Assembly (NCBI GenBank): GCA_010093605.1
Contig: MU004194.1
Location: forward strand, 68,156-132,155
Direction: 5' to 3'
Length of the DNA: 64,000 nt
DNA from: Lophium mytilinum
Lineage: Eukaryota
In this document: piece by piece, positions 1 to 13,124 of the stretch
How the letters are laid out: every line of letters starts with the position of its first letter
How positions within the stretch are numbered: position 1 is the first letter of the stretch
Position numbers and translations under genes: made by a program
The notes under the pieces: model-generated
Databases searched by the model: none
Seen by the model: only the letters and a program-made list of their open reading frames with translations
What the model was told of the DNA's origin: nothing

Positions 1-246
1 TCACCTAAAGTACCATCACGCCAATGCCAGCTGTACAGACGCGGAGATTTAGGAAGATTCACATCTATGTCCTACATTTCATATCACGTTCTCATCCGTA
101 CGCCCTATACTAGCACCTTCCTCTCTGAACGAAGTTCTGAGTCACCATCCTACTGGTGCGTCATTCTCACTTCAAATATTCCTATTTTTTCAACCTTCAC
201 ATTCGCAATCCCTCTTTCAAGATATTGCTAATTTAATCCTGCAACC

Positions 247-1021
247 ATGCCTCTCGAACTCGCCCCCCTCACAGCCGAAGATGTCGACGCCTACATGGCA
301 ATCCGTCAAGCCGCATTCGGTGACAACGTCTTCCGCATCCTCTTCTCCCGCCCTGATGGCCCATCACCGGAGGTCTACGCGCAGATTCGCGACAGCGTCC
401 GCGACCTAATCGCCAACGACAAGCATGCCTTCTTCCTGAAAGTTACGGACACTGACACCGGCGAGATCATCGCGGGTGCAAAGTGGAAAGTGTTCAGGAC
501 CGAGAAAGAGATACTAGAAGAACTAGAACTTCCGCCGCCCACATCGGATTCAGATCCCGAGTGCTGGAATCCATTTATGAAGTTGCTGAGCGATGCGAAG
601 AAGGAGATTATGGCGCTGAGGCCTTATTGGAGTGGGTTCCTGCTTTCTTATTGCCTTTTATATCTCGGGGATGGGCTCTAGGGAAGGTCTAGTGAGTATG
701 TAGCTGATTGATTGTAGTGCTTGACGCCCTTTCAACGCATCCGGCGCATCATCGACGTGGAGCTGGGGCGATCCTGACGCAGTGGGGGTTGGAACGGGCG
801 GACAACGAAGGGCTAGAAACGTACCTTGAGGCTTCGACGATGGGTCAGCCGTTGTATGAAAAGTATGGGTTCAGACCTATCAAGACCTTGAGTTTTGACT
901 TGGGGGAGTTTGGGGGGGAGGGGGTGCAGGAGTTCCAGGTATGAGCTTAGACCCCAATGAAATTAGAGGGCTCGTGCTAATGCGTGTCTAGTCCATGGTA
1001 AGGCCAAAGAAGTCTTCTTGA
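247..1021 (+). CDS. GNAT-family N-acetyltransferase (3 exons; introns ~632-717, 939-991)
   Basis: Spliced ORFs join RPYW|MLDALSTHPAHHRRGAG (acetyl-CoA motif A) ...YLEASTMGQPLYEKYGF (motif B). GT-AG introns have CTGAT/CTAAT branch-like sites. The last exon reads SMVRPKKSS*. Confidence 0.9.
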
Positions 1022-1339
1022 TCTCGGACGGTTACAGGTTAGTCACCTTCTTAGAAGAAAAATTCAGATGTGCGAGAAGCGTTTTGTCCCACATTCTCCC
1101 TGCCAATCCTGAGTAGCTCGTCTACTCCTCGAAAGTTTTTGCAAACTTTCGAAGCTCCAAGCTAGGATAGTTCTCCGAACCTCTGCTGTCTTAGAGTCTG
1201 AAACATGGCAGCTAGACGTCGAGAAAGATAATATGTCTACTTGAAGGAGTGTGTGGAGCATATGATCCACGGCGAACTGTGCCTGTCTAGAGTTGAGTCC
1301 TGTATATTAACTCCAGGTGTGCCGCATGTGACTCTTATT

Positions 1340-3652
1340 CTACACCTCGTGAATATCCTCGGTCTCGCTAACGCCCCCCTGCGACCCCCCCGGACTTTCG
1401 AGGATGTTGAGAGCTCTCGCCATCCGCTGAAAGGGGTGTGGAATTATCCATCTAATAATGATCCAGAGGAAGAGCCAACCTACAGACAACATCAGAATAG
1501 AGAAAACTATTCTAAATGACAAATCAAGAGTATGTCGAGACCATATCATCGCCAGCGGGAAAGGAAAATGCCAAAACTTAGAACAATACTAATACCCTTC
1601 GTCCCTTTATTAAAAGGGATCCACCTCATCACATGAGCCACTCCGTTTGGAAGGTTAGTAATGGCCCACTTTAGAGCGGCTCGGGTTGGAACATTATCCC
1701 CGGGCTGAAGGCCCGCATCTCTTCTAGCTCTGTCGAAGGCACCCTGTAATGTTCGAATCGTCGGTCTGCTTCGTACCACAAGTCGCACGCTATAGGATAA
1801 AAGAACCACCACGGCTGCAGCTACGAAAAAGGCATATAAAGGAACACCGTCCCTCAATTCTTTGACTTGCATACTGAAGATGCTAGCTGAGAAGCTCAGG
1901 GGAACGAAAACGAAGGCCAGCTCGGTAACCTTAGTCACGCTTTCAGCAGATGCAATTCCTCGGCGATTTTCGATGATTGAAATGTCTGCTCGGAGATCAT
2001 TTTGAAGTCTACTAGCCTCTTCCAAGGTTTTCTTGATATTGGCGACGGTATGGTCCGCAAGAGACCGCACCGGCAGAGGAACACTCTCTGGGTATGCGAA
2101 CTGCATGAAGGTTTCAAGGTTTTCTTCTAGCTTTGGGAGGATGATGTCCATGGGTGCGATGAAGCTTCGCCAGTGATCTACACTTTGTTGAATAGCATGA
2201 TCGTTTGCATTGTTTCTATTCAGGCGGATATCGTCCAACGACATGCGCAGAGAACCTAATAGGCTCGTCGAGTCATTAAAGACAACCTGTAATAATGCTA
2301 AAACGGGGTCCGGGTCTTGACTCATGGGAGCATTGCTAGGACGGAGCCACGAAATAATATCTTCAAGTGCACAGGATGGCAAGTCGATGGAAGAGTTGAT
2401 TTTCTTTAGATCTGTGTGATTCATGTCCATGGAAATTGTATTTCGCAAACACTGTCTTGGTTGTAGTGGGCGGAACAAAGGGATCTGAGTGTTGTCGACA
2501 GCCTCAAAGTGCTCGATCCCATACTGGCGCTCCGGTGCTTTTGTCAATTCAACTTTCGGAAGCGGGTCCAGGAGCATAAAAACTGCCGCATGTCAATGAA
2601 ATGTCGACTTCATGTTTCTACATTGGGGTTTAAGTACCATTTCTTTGAGGAGCGCTTTCGGTCATGTCAATGTGTTTGATCAATGTGATCTTTTCTTCCC
2701 AGGCGAGGATCGAGCGTGTGTTTGCATGAGGGGTTTTGGAAAACGCCGGGTCCCGTGCGAACTTCCAAGCGCGGCGGATTATGTTCGGCGTGAATCGATG
2801 TGAATAGGTATATTTCCGCGTAACAAGTCCTTCGCCTTCACGCTCGCGCCAAGTTGGAAATGATGGATGTAGCTTAGGTAGAGTTTCATCGTCTCCGCTG
2901 TCGTGGTATTCGATTTCATCGTAAGACGAAGCGAGCTGCCATGTTACAGGTCTATACCAGGTCATGGACATGTGCTGCTTATCCATGCTCGCAGTGGACC
3001 ATTTGGCCGGATGCACAGGTCTCTTTGCTGAATATTGAGCCCCATACAGATGCTCTTCGAAAGCCTCCGGACTGAGATTGAACGTGCTACTAAGCTCTTG
3101 CATAAGACTCGGTGATAAATCCTCAACTAGAAACACCCTGACAAGATGGTTTGGCTGAATCTCGTCCGCCCTCGAACCTTCCGTATGATGAAGGGACCAA
3201 TCTCCGTTAGAAAAGCTCGAAACAAGTTTCGGTGCTTCGCTCTTTGAGAAGATGTCGAAGCGCTGAATCCGACCGGAATCCCGATTTCGAGATAGTTGTC
3301 CTGTCTGGACAAGATGGCGGACCCCTAGATCGGAAATGCAGCCGAAGATAGTTTCAGAAATCCGAGTTTCCCTATCTGCAGCGCGTTCTAGCTCGTTCAT
3401 CTCCGCATCTATATCGGCGATATTTTGTTTGAGCCGCCCGATTTCAGCATTCTCCGCTTTGAGCCTTTCTCCAAGCTCGTGGACTTTACCCTCCGCTATT
3501 TGTTCATCGCTCCTGGCAACGTCTCGTCTTATAGCTGTCACAGGCGTTTTATCCTCAACCGCAACCTCGCACGACGAAACTTCTAGTTCAGGTCCTCCTA
3601 TCATCGCGTGAGGTGAGACCGATCGTGGGGAGGAGAATGTGGGTCGTTCCAT
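1340..3652 (-). CDS. CorA-like Mg2+ transporter domain membrane protein, fungal type (intron 2583-2637; apparent frameshift at ~1555-1565, possible pseudogene)
   Basis: Contains VFLVEDLS...FEEHL in the N-terminal part and ESVTKVTELAFVFVPLSFSASIFSMQVKEL (variant of the CorA TM1 / GMN region), followed by a TM helix. The C-terminal TM segment (PLAMIWSRHTLDLSFRIVFS) continues in another frame. Confidence 0.75.
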
Positions 3653-4093
3653 GTTGTACTTGTCGCCTAGTATCCTGGATCTCCCCGTGGCAGTATGGCG
3701 TCTGAAGCTGCATGAACAGGTGCGGAGTAAAGTTGATAGAGATTTGCCGGAAAAGAGCCAGGACTACGAGCTTTTAATGATTGTGCCCTCCTTCAGCGAT
3801 GAATACGTTACATGCAACGTTTCATGAATGGCTAGGTACGCTCTGTGATACGTGGAACCGAACACTAATGGTTTGCCTCGACCAATGGAGTTCATCGTAA
3901 GACACGTTGAGATACAATGAAAAAAGGTGAAACCGAACTACAAGACACAAGGCACAGCATACCTCCTTTCGCGGGGTCACGGCAATCTACAAATTGGGCC
4001 GTAAGCCATTCAAGTCCTGATCATATTGACTCACCTCTCAAAAAACGTAATGATCAACGCCATTCCCAAGCCGACCGAGATCTAAGTATTCAA

Positions 4094-5060
4094 ATGAAAA
4101 CACTCCCGAGGCTTTTGCGACGTTTTCGCCATCGCTGTAAGGCAACCGTAGAAGGGGGCGGCCACAGAGCTGACCAATTGCAGCCCGCTTGAAGCTTTAC
4201 CAAATCCTCATGATAATGACTGCTATTTCGATCGCAATTCAAAGTAAGTATGGAGACCAAAAAAAGGACATACCGAATTTTGAACACAAGTCATTAGTTG
4301 TTCTATTACTGGGTTGTTTACCAAACTCCACGCACTCCCTCCAGAGAATATATATCCTTTCGATGTCCTATCAAAGACACTCAATCAAAGGCTTTGCAGC
4401 TCAATTCGACGCCACGCTCGCTGCTATAGTCACGAATAGAACCGCGACTACACAGCTTAAGGTCCAAGTTGGATACTTTGGGCTTTGTGTCAGCAAGCAC
4501 CCTTCGGCAATGAGAGAGTGTGGCAAGGGAAGGAGCGCGTTTCGTGACCGTGTCTCGATTGCGGAGGATCCATTGGATCTCATTGGTATAATGGACCACT
4601 TCAAGAGCGATGTGCTATTTCCGGGCTTGATGTAAGCTTATACTTCGAACATGTCTTCAATCCTTCAGATATTAAGCAATATTGAAGCTTTATATCTTCG
4701 CCCTCTTCCATCATAACGTTATTCGGTGTAGCGAAGGCCCGTCACCGCTGGGAACACCATCCTTCGCAAACTATCGAGAGTCATACCTGGATCTACCGAG
4801 CTTCCGTGGGGCTCCTACTGGTGTCCGCAACGTTATCATCCGTATCTTCGCTTACGGCAGCGCTGTGGCAGCAAATAGCAGCAGGAGTGCCTGGCACAGC
4901 GGATATTTTGCAATTCATTACATTCGATACTGTGAAAGCGGAGGTTGGGTATATCGCTGTCACTCTGGTTTGGCTAAGCTGTGCAATTTCTGCGTTCGTA
5001 ACTTATCATGTGCTCCGGCTGTGGTGGCGCAATTCTACTCAGTGGCAAGCTGGAGAATAG
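4094..5060 (+). CDS. Fig1-family (SUR7/claudin-like) Ca2+-influx / membrane-fusion protein, 4 exons
   Basis: Motifs VLLLGC...IYILSMSY, LKVQVGYFGLCV (claudin-like GxxxxC), DPLDLIGIMDHFKSDVLFP and TAALWQQIAA. GTAAGG/GTAAGT/GTAAGC donors are present. The start codon is approximate. Confidence 0.75.
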
Positions 5061-5430
5061 CATGTCTGCTAGTTCTGGGTATCCTAGTGCGGGTGGTTAC
5101 TGTCAGGAAGCCCCTTGACGGTATGAAGATGCCACACGGCCTGTGCAACACCTTTCTCCTCCTCTTTCCAAAAGACTCGCCATTATAATCATCCCTCAAT
5201 ATAGCATCATTCAATACAAGGACTACAACACTCCTATTCCCCGAAACGAATGCTAAGTAACATCCGACTCTCAATCATCTCGCCCCTACAATTCTTCAAT
5301 ATCACACCAAATCATCATATTACTCAAAGACATCAGTAGACGCTGTACATGTCTCATTACCCTACTCAAATCAGTATAGCTATCACGCACCATCACAGTC
5401 CGCGCAAACCCATCCTACCCCTCCCACCTC

Positions 5431-7494
5431 TCACACCTTCTCCCCATGATGAATCACGTGCCCCTCCCCCGTATCCACCGCCCCATGCAAATGCGCCCCC
5501 TCCTCCAGCTTAATATCCACCTTCCGCGTCATCAAATGGTCCACATTCGCCGTAAAGCACACCGCCAGCGTGCCCAGCACTCCGAACGCAATCGTCACGA
5601 GATACACCACCCTAAACGCATGCGCGAAACTCTCCTTCACCCCATAAATCCCGATTCCCAGCTGGGCCGGGGTGAGGGTAGCGAGGGCCTCCAGCCCCGT
5701 GCCGGTGGTTAGCGCGCCGATGACCGCGGGCAGCGACGCGGGCGCGACGCCGGCGAGGGCGAGCGGCAGCGCGAGGTACTTGGGGATGAAGGCGATGAGC
5801 TTGTTTTTGAGGATCGAGGTGTAGATGGCCGTGGCGACGGAGCCGCCGACGCTGCGGGCGGTGGTGATGAGGGCGGTGGCGACCTGTAGAGGGTATGTTA
5901 GGAGATAGGGTGGGTCAAAGGGGGGTGAAAGGGGGGTGAAAGGGGGGTGAAAGGGGGGCTTACGCCGATATACTCGTGGGAGACGGTCAGCTGGACGATG
6001 GTGACTTGGAAGACGTTGGCGCTGGAGAGGAAGCCACCGATTAGGTAGACGAGGATGGTTGAGGCGATGTGGGAGCCCGGGGCTGGGTGGGCGGTTAGTA
6101 TTCTAATTGTAAGGGAGTGTTGGAAGGCAAGATGCGTATACGTACTGACGATTGCTTGGAGACCGCAGCAGAGACCCATGGTCCCCACGGCAATAGTGAC
6201 GAGGATCCGAGCGTGTCCAACGTTTTTGAAGACGTAACCGCAAATTGGCCCGAAGGTCATTCCGCCGAAACCTGTTGCTGATGCATACCAGCCAATCTTG
6301 AGGGGGTCTGTCGTGTAAAGAGCACCGACTTGTTCGGCCCAAAGCACGGCAGTGGCGTAGTAGATCATGCCGACCAGGAACACGCTGATCAAGACGACGG
6401 TGAAGCCACGGACGAGTTTGAAGATGGCGGGCGGGAAGATGGGATATGTGATGTCGGCGTACGCTTCGTAGAATCCAAGGATGACGAGAAGGACGAAGCC
6501 GATGCACAAGGGGGCCAGTGTGCCGGCGGATACCCAGGGGAACTGGCTGCCTCCGAAGGTGATGCCTAGGAGGAAGAGGACGAGTCCTGAGATGAGGAGG
6601 AAAGTGCCGATCCAGTCGAGGGCGAGGGCTTGCTGCCAAACCGTCTTGCCTTCTTCTCGGATGTACTGATTGACGGGATGGTAGAAGAAGAAGACCAAGG
6701 AGCCTGCGAAGAAGTTCATGGCGAAAGGAAGCCAATAGGCAGCTCTCCACGATGCATATTTAACCATGACGGTGCCTGTGTACGTTAGTTAGTGCTGAAC
6801 TGCAATCATTTCGGCTGGCTTGAAGCGCTCTAGGCGGTGACAGTACAGTGCACAAATGGAGACGAATACTTACCGATTACAGGACCAAAAGCTTGTGCCA
6901 GCGCGAGAGTAGATTCAAAAATCCCCGACGCAACCGATCGATAATTTTTCGGGACGACTTCAGCCAGACAAGCCCACGCAGTTTGATGAAGGCCGCTGCC
7001 GACACCAATCAACACGGAGCCGCCGATGACAGTGTTGATGTTGTCTGCTGTCGCTGCGATTGCACACCCAATGAAGCCTAGAACGTTACCTGCGAGAAGG
7101 AAATTTCGTCGACCAAAGATATCAGACATGCGTCCGACTAAAGGCGAGACGACTGCAGCTCCTAGAGTGGGCGTGATTGCGACCCAGGTGTAGTTTGGGT
7201 TTGGGCCGATGCTGCGATTGATGTCTTGTAGGATGGTGGAGCTCATTATAATAACAAATACATCTGCCATATAGCCTTGTTGGAATGCCTACTTTCAAGT
7301 TAGGTTGTGGTTCTCCTGAGGGGGGCACAATGAATGGAGATTCCGGGAGTGGTGCTTACCAGCGTAGCAAGGAACTTGCCAAACGTGAACTTGTAATCTT
7401 CATCTTCTGTCCTCACTCTCCTCAAATCGTTATCGACGTTTTCAGTTGTACTGATCTCCCCCTTCTCATTAGCAGAGAAGCTATGGTCCGACAT
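5431..7494 (-). CDS. MFS transporter, Tri12/DHA2-like (fungal trichothecene efflux pump family), multi-exon
   Basis: MFS motif A VGRMSDIFGRRNF, plus SWRAAYW, LDWIGTFL, GGSQFPWVSA and the C-terminal AHAFRVVYLVTIAFG...DHLMTRKVDIKL typical of Tri12-like proteins. Confidence 0.88.
5918..5958. repeat. Intronic 11-bp tandem repeat (aaaggggggtg)n, ~3.5 copies
   Basis: Directly visible G-run repeat inside an intron of the MFS gene. Confidence 0.85.
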
Positions 7495-7743
7495 GCTGAT
7501 GATCTGAAGGAGTTGTGTACTCCGTTGACAGTAGCCCAGTTATCGAACAAGTGCACAGGATGGACAAAGTCCGAATTAAAAAGAGGAGAAAAGACGTTCG
7601 AGCTGGGGGTTTCACGATGCCCCACAACGACGGGACCGAGGAAGATATAGTCGATAACACGAAGCCAATATTATACAATCATCCGATAGCCCGAAAGCGA
7701 CTCTGTGGGCACTTTTAGAGCCAACACCACGGCGTGGTATTAC

Positions 7744-7927
7744 CCCCAGGGATCTAGACCCAGCAATGTGGAGTAGACCCCAGATTCCATCCCCGCAAAT
7801 ATTTGATCGCGGAGATGATCAATGCATCTTGGGTTGCACGGGCCAATCCCCGCATTACCCAGGTACCAGGAATGGGCTAGCTGTCCCATAAATGTCCCTG
7901 CACCAGGGTTGGTACTGGGTGCTGGGG
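7744..7927. promoter_or_regulatory. Cluster of six SYGGRG (CreA/Mig1-type) motifs upstream of the MFS transporter
   Basis: CCCCAG at 7744 and 7778, CCCCGC at 7791 and 7848, GCGGAG at 7809, CTGGGG at 7922; 250-430 bp upstream of the ATG. Confidence 0.5.
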
Positions 7928-9596
7928 GCTGGGAGTCTAGGCATTGAGATGTTGCTAACTTTGAGGGGGGATCACTGGTTTATCTCTGACTGTATGCCAA
8001 GTCTTATGCTAAGGAACGAGCATACCGGAATGTTGATTGGAAGCTGAAGTGAACGTGCGAGGTGGAATGATGGTTTAGTTCCGGTGTTGAGATAAAGCCA
8101 TCTAACCCCACGTCTGTTCCATTGGCAAAGGAAGAGACGATGTACCGATACTGGATTCCTGAGCAGTCTTCAACCGTGTCAGAGAGGAGGAGACGAAATA
8201 AGAACGTCCTCCAAGTGTGCATGAAATTGCTTCATAATATTCCGCATCGGGTTAGCGCTTTAAATTAGCGCATATTCTGGGGGGCATATTGAGACCACAA
8301 AGGTATTCCGGCGTAGACCCGGTATCTGGAATCGGGAATCAGATCCATCTCTGTAATGTTGCCGTCTGTGATGGTGGTGTTGGAGGGGAAAGAGGAGTAG
8401 CAAGATTCGGAAACGGAAGTTCAGTTCCGGTGTTGCAAGTGCGGTCTGCGCGACGACGGTGAAGGCGCCGCGATGGCGTCGTGGGGGAGGCTCAACCCTA
8501 GGTGCTTTTGATCAGATTCGAAGGCGTACGTATGCGGAAGAAGCCGAGTTAGTAAGTGCCAAGTGTGAGGACAAGATCTTGGAGTTCATCATGCGTTCGC
8601 ACAAGAGATATCCGCAGTGTTCTTTGCCTGCGCAGATGTTGAACATCAGAAAGTAGATCGAAGCTGGAAAGTGGGCCTTTGGCGGGCTTCAGTTCTACTT
8701 TATATTTCCTAAACAATGCCCAGTCAACGGTAATATGAGCATCCGATGTATGCATTTACAAGGGTCGCGGAGTTCGGCACATTTCTCAACGGCGTCATCC
8801 GCTCACAAGGTCTCTTATATTGGGACTCAGCCTTACTGTCACTATCGCAGTAAGCTTAACGTGTATCACTTACTAAAATGGGCGCCTTGACGTTACACAA
8901 CATATCTTCCATACCCATACCACCCTGTATCCACCGATCTTTCGGCGGGTCTCACTAACAGGCAGGAGACTCTTCTGACGACGTGCCGGAGAGGAGCTGT
9001 ATGCACATTCGTCTTGAAGGCTGTGCCCATAGGTCCTGCAATCCTCCACCAAAATGCAAACAAGGGTTCCTGCAACCAGTGGTAGTCTTCCTGTTCCTTT
9101 TGACCGCGCGGAAACCTAAGCGATACGTTCTAGAGCTGTTAGCATTGCAGCGTTTCGAAACTTGTCATGGCCACTTTACCCTTTAATTGCGCTGGCGCGG
9201 TTCTCGAGTCTCCTAGAATCATAGCTCACAAGTTTACTAGGATAGCAAACCCCACTGCATGATACTACATTAGACTGAACAACTGGAATGAACAAAACAG
9301 CGTATATCACAACCCGGCAGACACCACATGCAGCGGTAGAAGCGCGCATAGAAGTTTACCGCAAGGCATCTTACACTGGCCATTACTCATTCGAAGGGGG
9401 GGCTAGTGGTCAATATTTTATTTCATGAAATTACCACGAGGAACTAGCAGCACAGCGGACACTGATAAAGTCCAGCCAGAGGGTTTCAACAGATAGAGAC
9501 AAAAAGCAAAAAGAAAAATTTCAACAGTAGGACTCCAATCCGCTGTTGCCCTGGCCCTGAGAGAGTAAGGAAATGACAAGAGAACTTTTCATCATT

Positions 9597-12500
9597 TCAA
9601 CCTTGTGTTCGCTTGAACATGCCTGGTCGGTACTTCCCATCGCTCGAAGCCTGTGGTGGCGGCAGAGGAGCTTCCCTAGGTTCGTCGGCTTCCCGACCCT
9701 CTTGTCGTCCGCGAAGCGCTGGGGCCGTGAACTTGCCAGCGGTGGCAGGGCTCTGTGTTCGGTTCCGGTCGCCACTATCCCTGAAACTACCTCTCGCTGC
9801 GCTCGGCGCGAAGCGACTGCCTGCTGCTGGTGACTCGTAGCGGCCTCCAACGGCGGGAGACTCATCTCGAGGCTCGCGGCCGCGACCGCTACCTTCCCGA
9901 GCACGCCAGCCGCCACCTGGTGCGCCAGGCGGAGCTGGGCTACCGTCCTCGCCACGGCGAAGGGCAGGTGGCACGAAGGCACCGGGTCGCCTCGCTGGTG
10001 GCGCTGCTGCCGCTGGTGCTTCTGACTCGACGGGAGCCTGAGACTGTGATGAGGATGCTTTCGCAGCCTCACGCTCTCGCCAAGAAGGTTTGTTGCCTGA
10101 CAGTACTAATGGTGCCCGACCAGAAGAGCCAATGGCAGGTGGTGCCCGGTCGGAAGGCAAATCGCGAGAGACGGGACGTTCTGGAGCCAAACCCTTCTTC
10201 TTGGCCAAAAGCTTGGCCTCTGCTTCCTCCTCGCGTTGACGTTGGAGAGCTGCCTTCTCGTCGAGATGCCTGTAAATAGTTAGCAGCAGATTCAATGAAC
10301 GATTTGCTTGGTGCACAACATACTTTCTCTCTTCGTCTCTCTTGGCCTTGATTTCGGCCAACTGTTGTCGCCTCTCTTCCTCTGCTGTTGCCTTTGCCTC
10401 AGCCTCTGCTCGTTCCTTCTCCTCGGCCTCCCTCTCCATCCTCTCCTGTTCTTCCCTCGCCTTCTTCTCTCTTGCTCGCGTCTCCTTGACTTCCTTGACG
10501 CGTGCGGCCATCTTGGCCTGTAGCTCCTTCTCGGCAGCCCTCCTGCGCTTTTCGAACTCGGTTTTCCTCTGCTCGCGCACGTCGTTTATGAATGTCTGGT
10601 ATACAGGCACGAGACGTGAAAGACGGTGCTTGAGCGCAACGTCCTCGGTGTGCTTCTGCTCAGACTCTCTGAGCTCCTCGGCCTTGGCTTTCTCATACGC
10701 AGCCTGATCGCGCTTCTTCTGCTCATCGTAATCCTTTTGCAGATGCTTGACTTCTTCCCGTCGATACGCGCGCTCCAGATGGTCAATACGCTTTCCTGCA
10801 ATACGGAGCTGTTCACCGAGGATGTTCTTTTCCTTCTCTAGCGCAGCAAGTTTCATGGCGCGGATGCGAGTAGAGTCGAGCTCAGAGATATCGGTAGGGA
10901 TGTCGATGTCAATCTTGGTCCCCTTCTTGAGTTCATCAAGCTGCTTTTCAATTTCTGCGCGTTGCACCCGTTGTTGTTCGGCCAGTAGCCTCTTCTTCTC
11001 ACGCTCACGCTGTTCTTCAGCAAGACGATTTGTCTCCGCCTCGAGAACTTGCTGGGCGCGGATGCGCTTGCGAGTGGCCTCCTCCTTCTCCTTCGCTGCC
11101 AGGGCGTTCGAAGCGGCTTCCTTTTTGCGATGAATGATGTCGCGACGGGCCAAAGTTTCCTGGTGCTCCTGTTCGGCACCCTCGGCAGTTCTGAGGAGGG
11201 CGGCTTCCTTAGCCTTGATACGCTCTTCATTAAACGCGGGGTCGACATATTGGCAGGTAACATAGAGCGCCTTTGCTAGACGTGTGAGCTGAGAGCGAAC
11301 GATCTCAGCAGGTGTGCTTTGAAGTCGCTGCACAGAACTCTTGTCGCTTTCGGCAGAACCAGCGCTAGTTCCCGGATGCATGGCCTTTGCGGAAGAGAAA
11401 ACATCTGAGTCGAAGGTGAGAATGCCCGCGGCGTGATCCACGCGAATAGCCAGGTCGCCCTTCTTGCAGCCGTTCATGATGAACTTTTCGATCATGCCGG
11501 TAGTGACCTGGAATGGGTCTGGGAATTGAGCAAGATCGAGCACAAACTGGATCTGCACCGAGTCGTAGACTTGCGAAAGTTGCTGGAACAGGCGGGTGAG
11601 GATGACCTGCTGGAGCGGGCCAACATACTTCTTCATCTCCTCATCGGCTCCAATTTTGGCGAGGATAGGGGATATCTTTTTGCAGATGGAGAGGGGATGG
11701 AAATCAACCTCGAGGATGTTGTACAGCTCCCGAATTTCTTCCCGAGCTCTGCTCAACAGACCTTTGCTAAGGGCGTCTTTGAACAGAATAGCACGGGTTG
11801 GCGCTTGCGACATGCCAAGTAGGTTGGTGAGACGCGAGTTCTTGTTCTTCCTCGCTTCATCCACGTCTACTAGAGCGCCACGAGATCGCGAAGTGCTGAT
11901 GACCGGGATGGACAGGGCAGAAAGCAGGACGTACGAGGCGGCCTTTGTCATGTCGGCCTCGGTAACGGAGGGGTTGTCCTTCTTCAGGCTCTGTCCAGAG
12001 GCTACAGCCGCAGCAGACTGGCGCAGCAGGTTGTAGTATCTACTCCAGGCAGCGGCATGGAAGAGGTAGTTCTCGCTGACGAGGAAAATCCGTGTCAACT
12101 TCTCGAAGTAATTGGCCATCATGATGTTCTTCGCAGGCCGCTTGCTGAGATTGAGGAGGGTGTGGATGTCTTCTACACTTCGGAAGGCCTCCTGCCAGAG
12201 CTCCAGCTCGACGGCGACGTTCAGCTGCTGGAAGCGAGTGTCGAGATGGCGCTGGAGGGTGTCTGGGTCGCTGAGATTGATGGCGTGCATCTGCGACGAG
12301 AACTTGGCGGCATTCTGAAGATGGTTTCGGAGCAGCTCACATAGACGGCGGAACTCGGTCTTTCGCGCGTACTTGGAACAGAACTGGAAGGCCTGGTGGG
12401 CGGTGGTCTGGTACATGATTTCTAGCCGAGCATTGTTCTTGAAGATGTCCAGCACGGTGCGGTATGTCTCCCACAGGAATTTGAGCCATGGCGTTACGAT

Positions 12501-13124
12501 GGCGCGGTCAGTACGGTCTCGCGATTGCTCGCCCGAGACGGTGGAGAGGAGGATGGATTCGGGGGTTTCTGAGGCTTCCAGGTCGTCGACATTCTGGGCA
12601 TCGCCGGGCTCCAGGGTGGACTGGATCTCGTCGGCCTTGGCCTGGGCTTCGGTGACCTTGGCCTCAGCCAGCGAGATGAACTTTTTGAAAACAAGCTGTG
12701 AAAATTTATTGTCAGATGCTGCCTGCCGAACAATGGAACCGGGGGGCTGCATACCTCAATCGTCCCGACATTTGTGTTCTGCGCTGTGTTCTTGTATTGG
12801 TACAGGCCATCCTTTGCGAGCTTGCCCTTGCGGAGATTGACGCAGAGCTCGACGAACAGCAGCATCACCGGCTCGAGAGCGGCGATGGGGCTGTTGCGGG
12901 TCCGCTTGGAGACGACATGCTCGTGGAGCAGCGACAAGGCCGCTGAGCTTTGGCCGACGCCGATGAGTTCTTGGGCACGTTTCTGGGGCAGTCAGCTAGA
13001 TGTCATCGTCGATTTTTCTGGCTTCTGCACGGCGGCGCTGGGGGCTTGCCGCATCCGGCACAGAGGGCGATCAAAGGAGGCTCACGAAGGTATTCTCGGG
13101 CTTCGAGCCCGGCGGAGGCGCCAT
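9597..13124 (-). CDS. tif32: Eukaryotic translation initiation factor 3 subunit A (4 exons)
   Basis: Spliced N-terminus [62 protein letters not shown] domain; long charged coiled coil; RG/P-rich tail. Introns at ~12987-13085, ~12698-12753, ~10272-10322. Confidence 0.97.

Noticed and set aside
247..7494. GNAT + Tri12-like MFS as part of a secondary-metabolite cluster
   Set aside because: No PKS, NRPS, terpene synthase or P450 in the window (sequence left of position 1 is not visible).
8450..9190. Short ORFs between the MFS gene and eIF3a
   Set aside because: No coherent splice model or recognisable motif.
9521..12946. Numerous overlapping ORFs on both strands within eIF3a
   Set aside because: Shadow frames produced by GC-rich biased codon usage.
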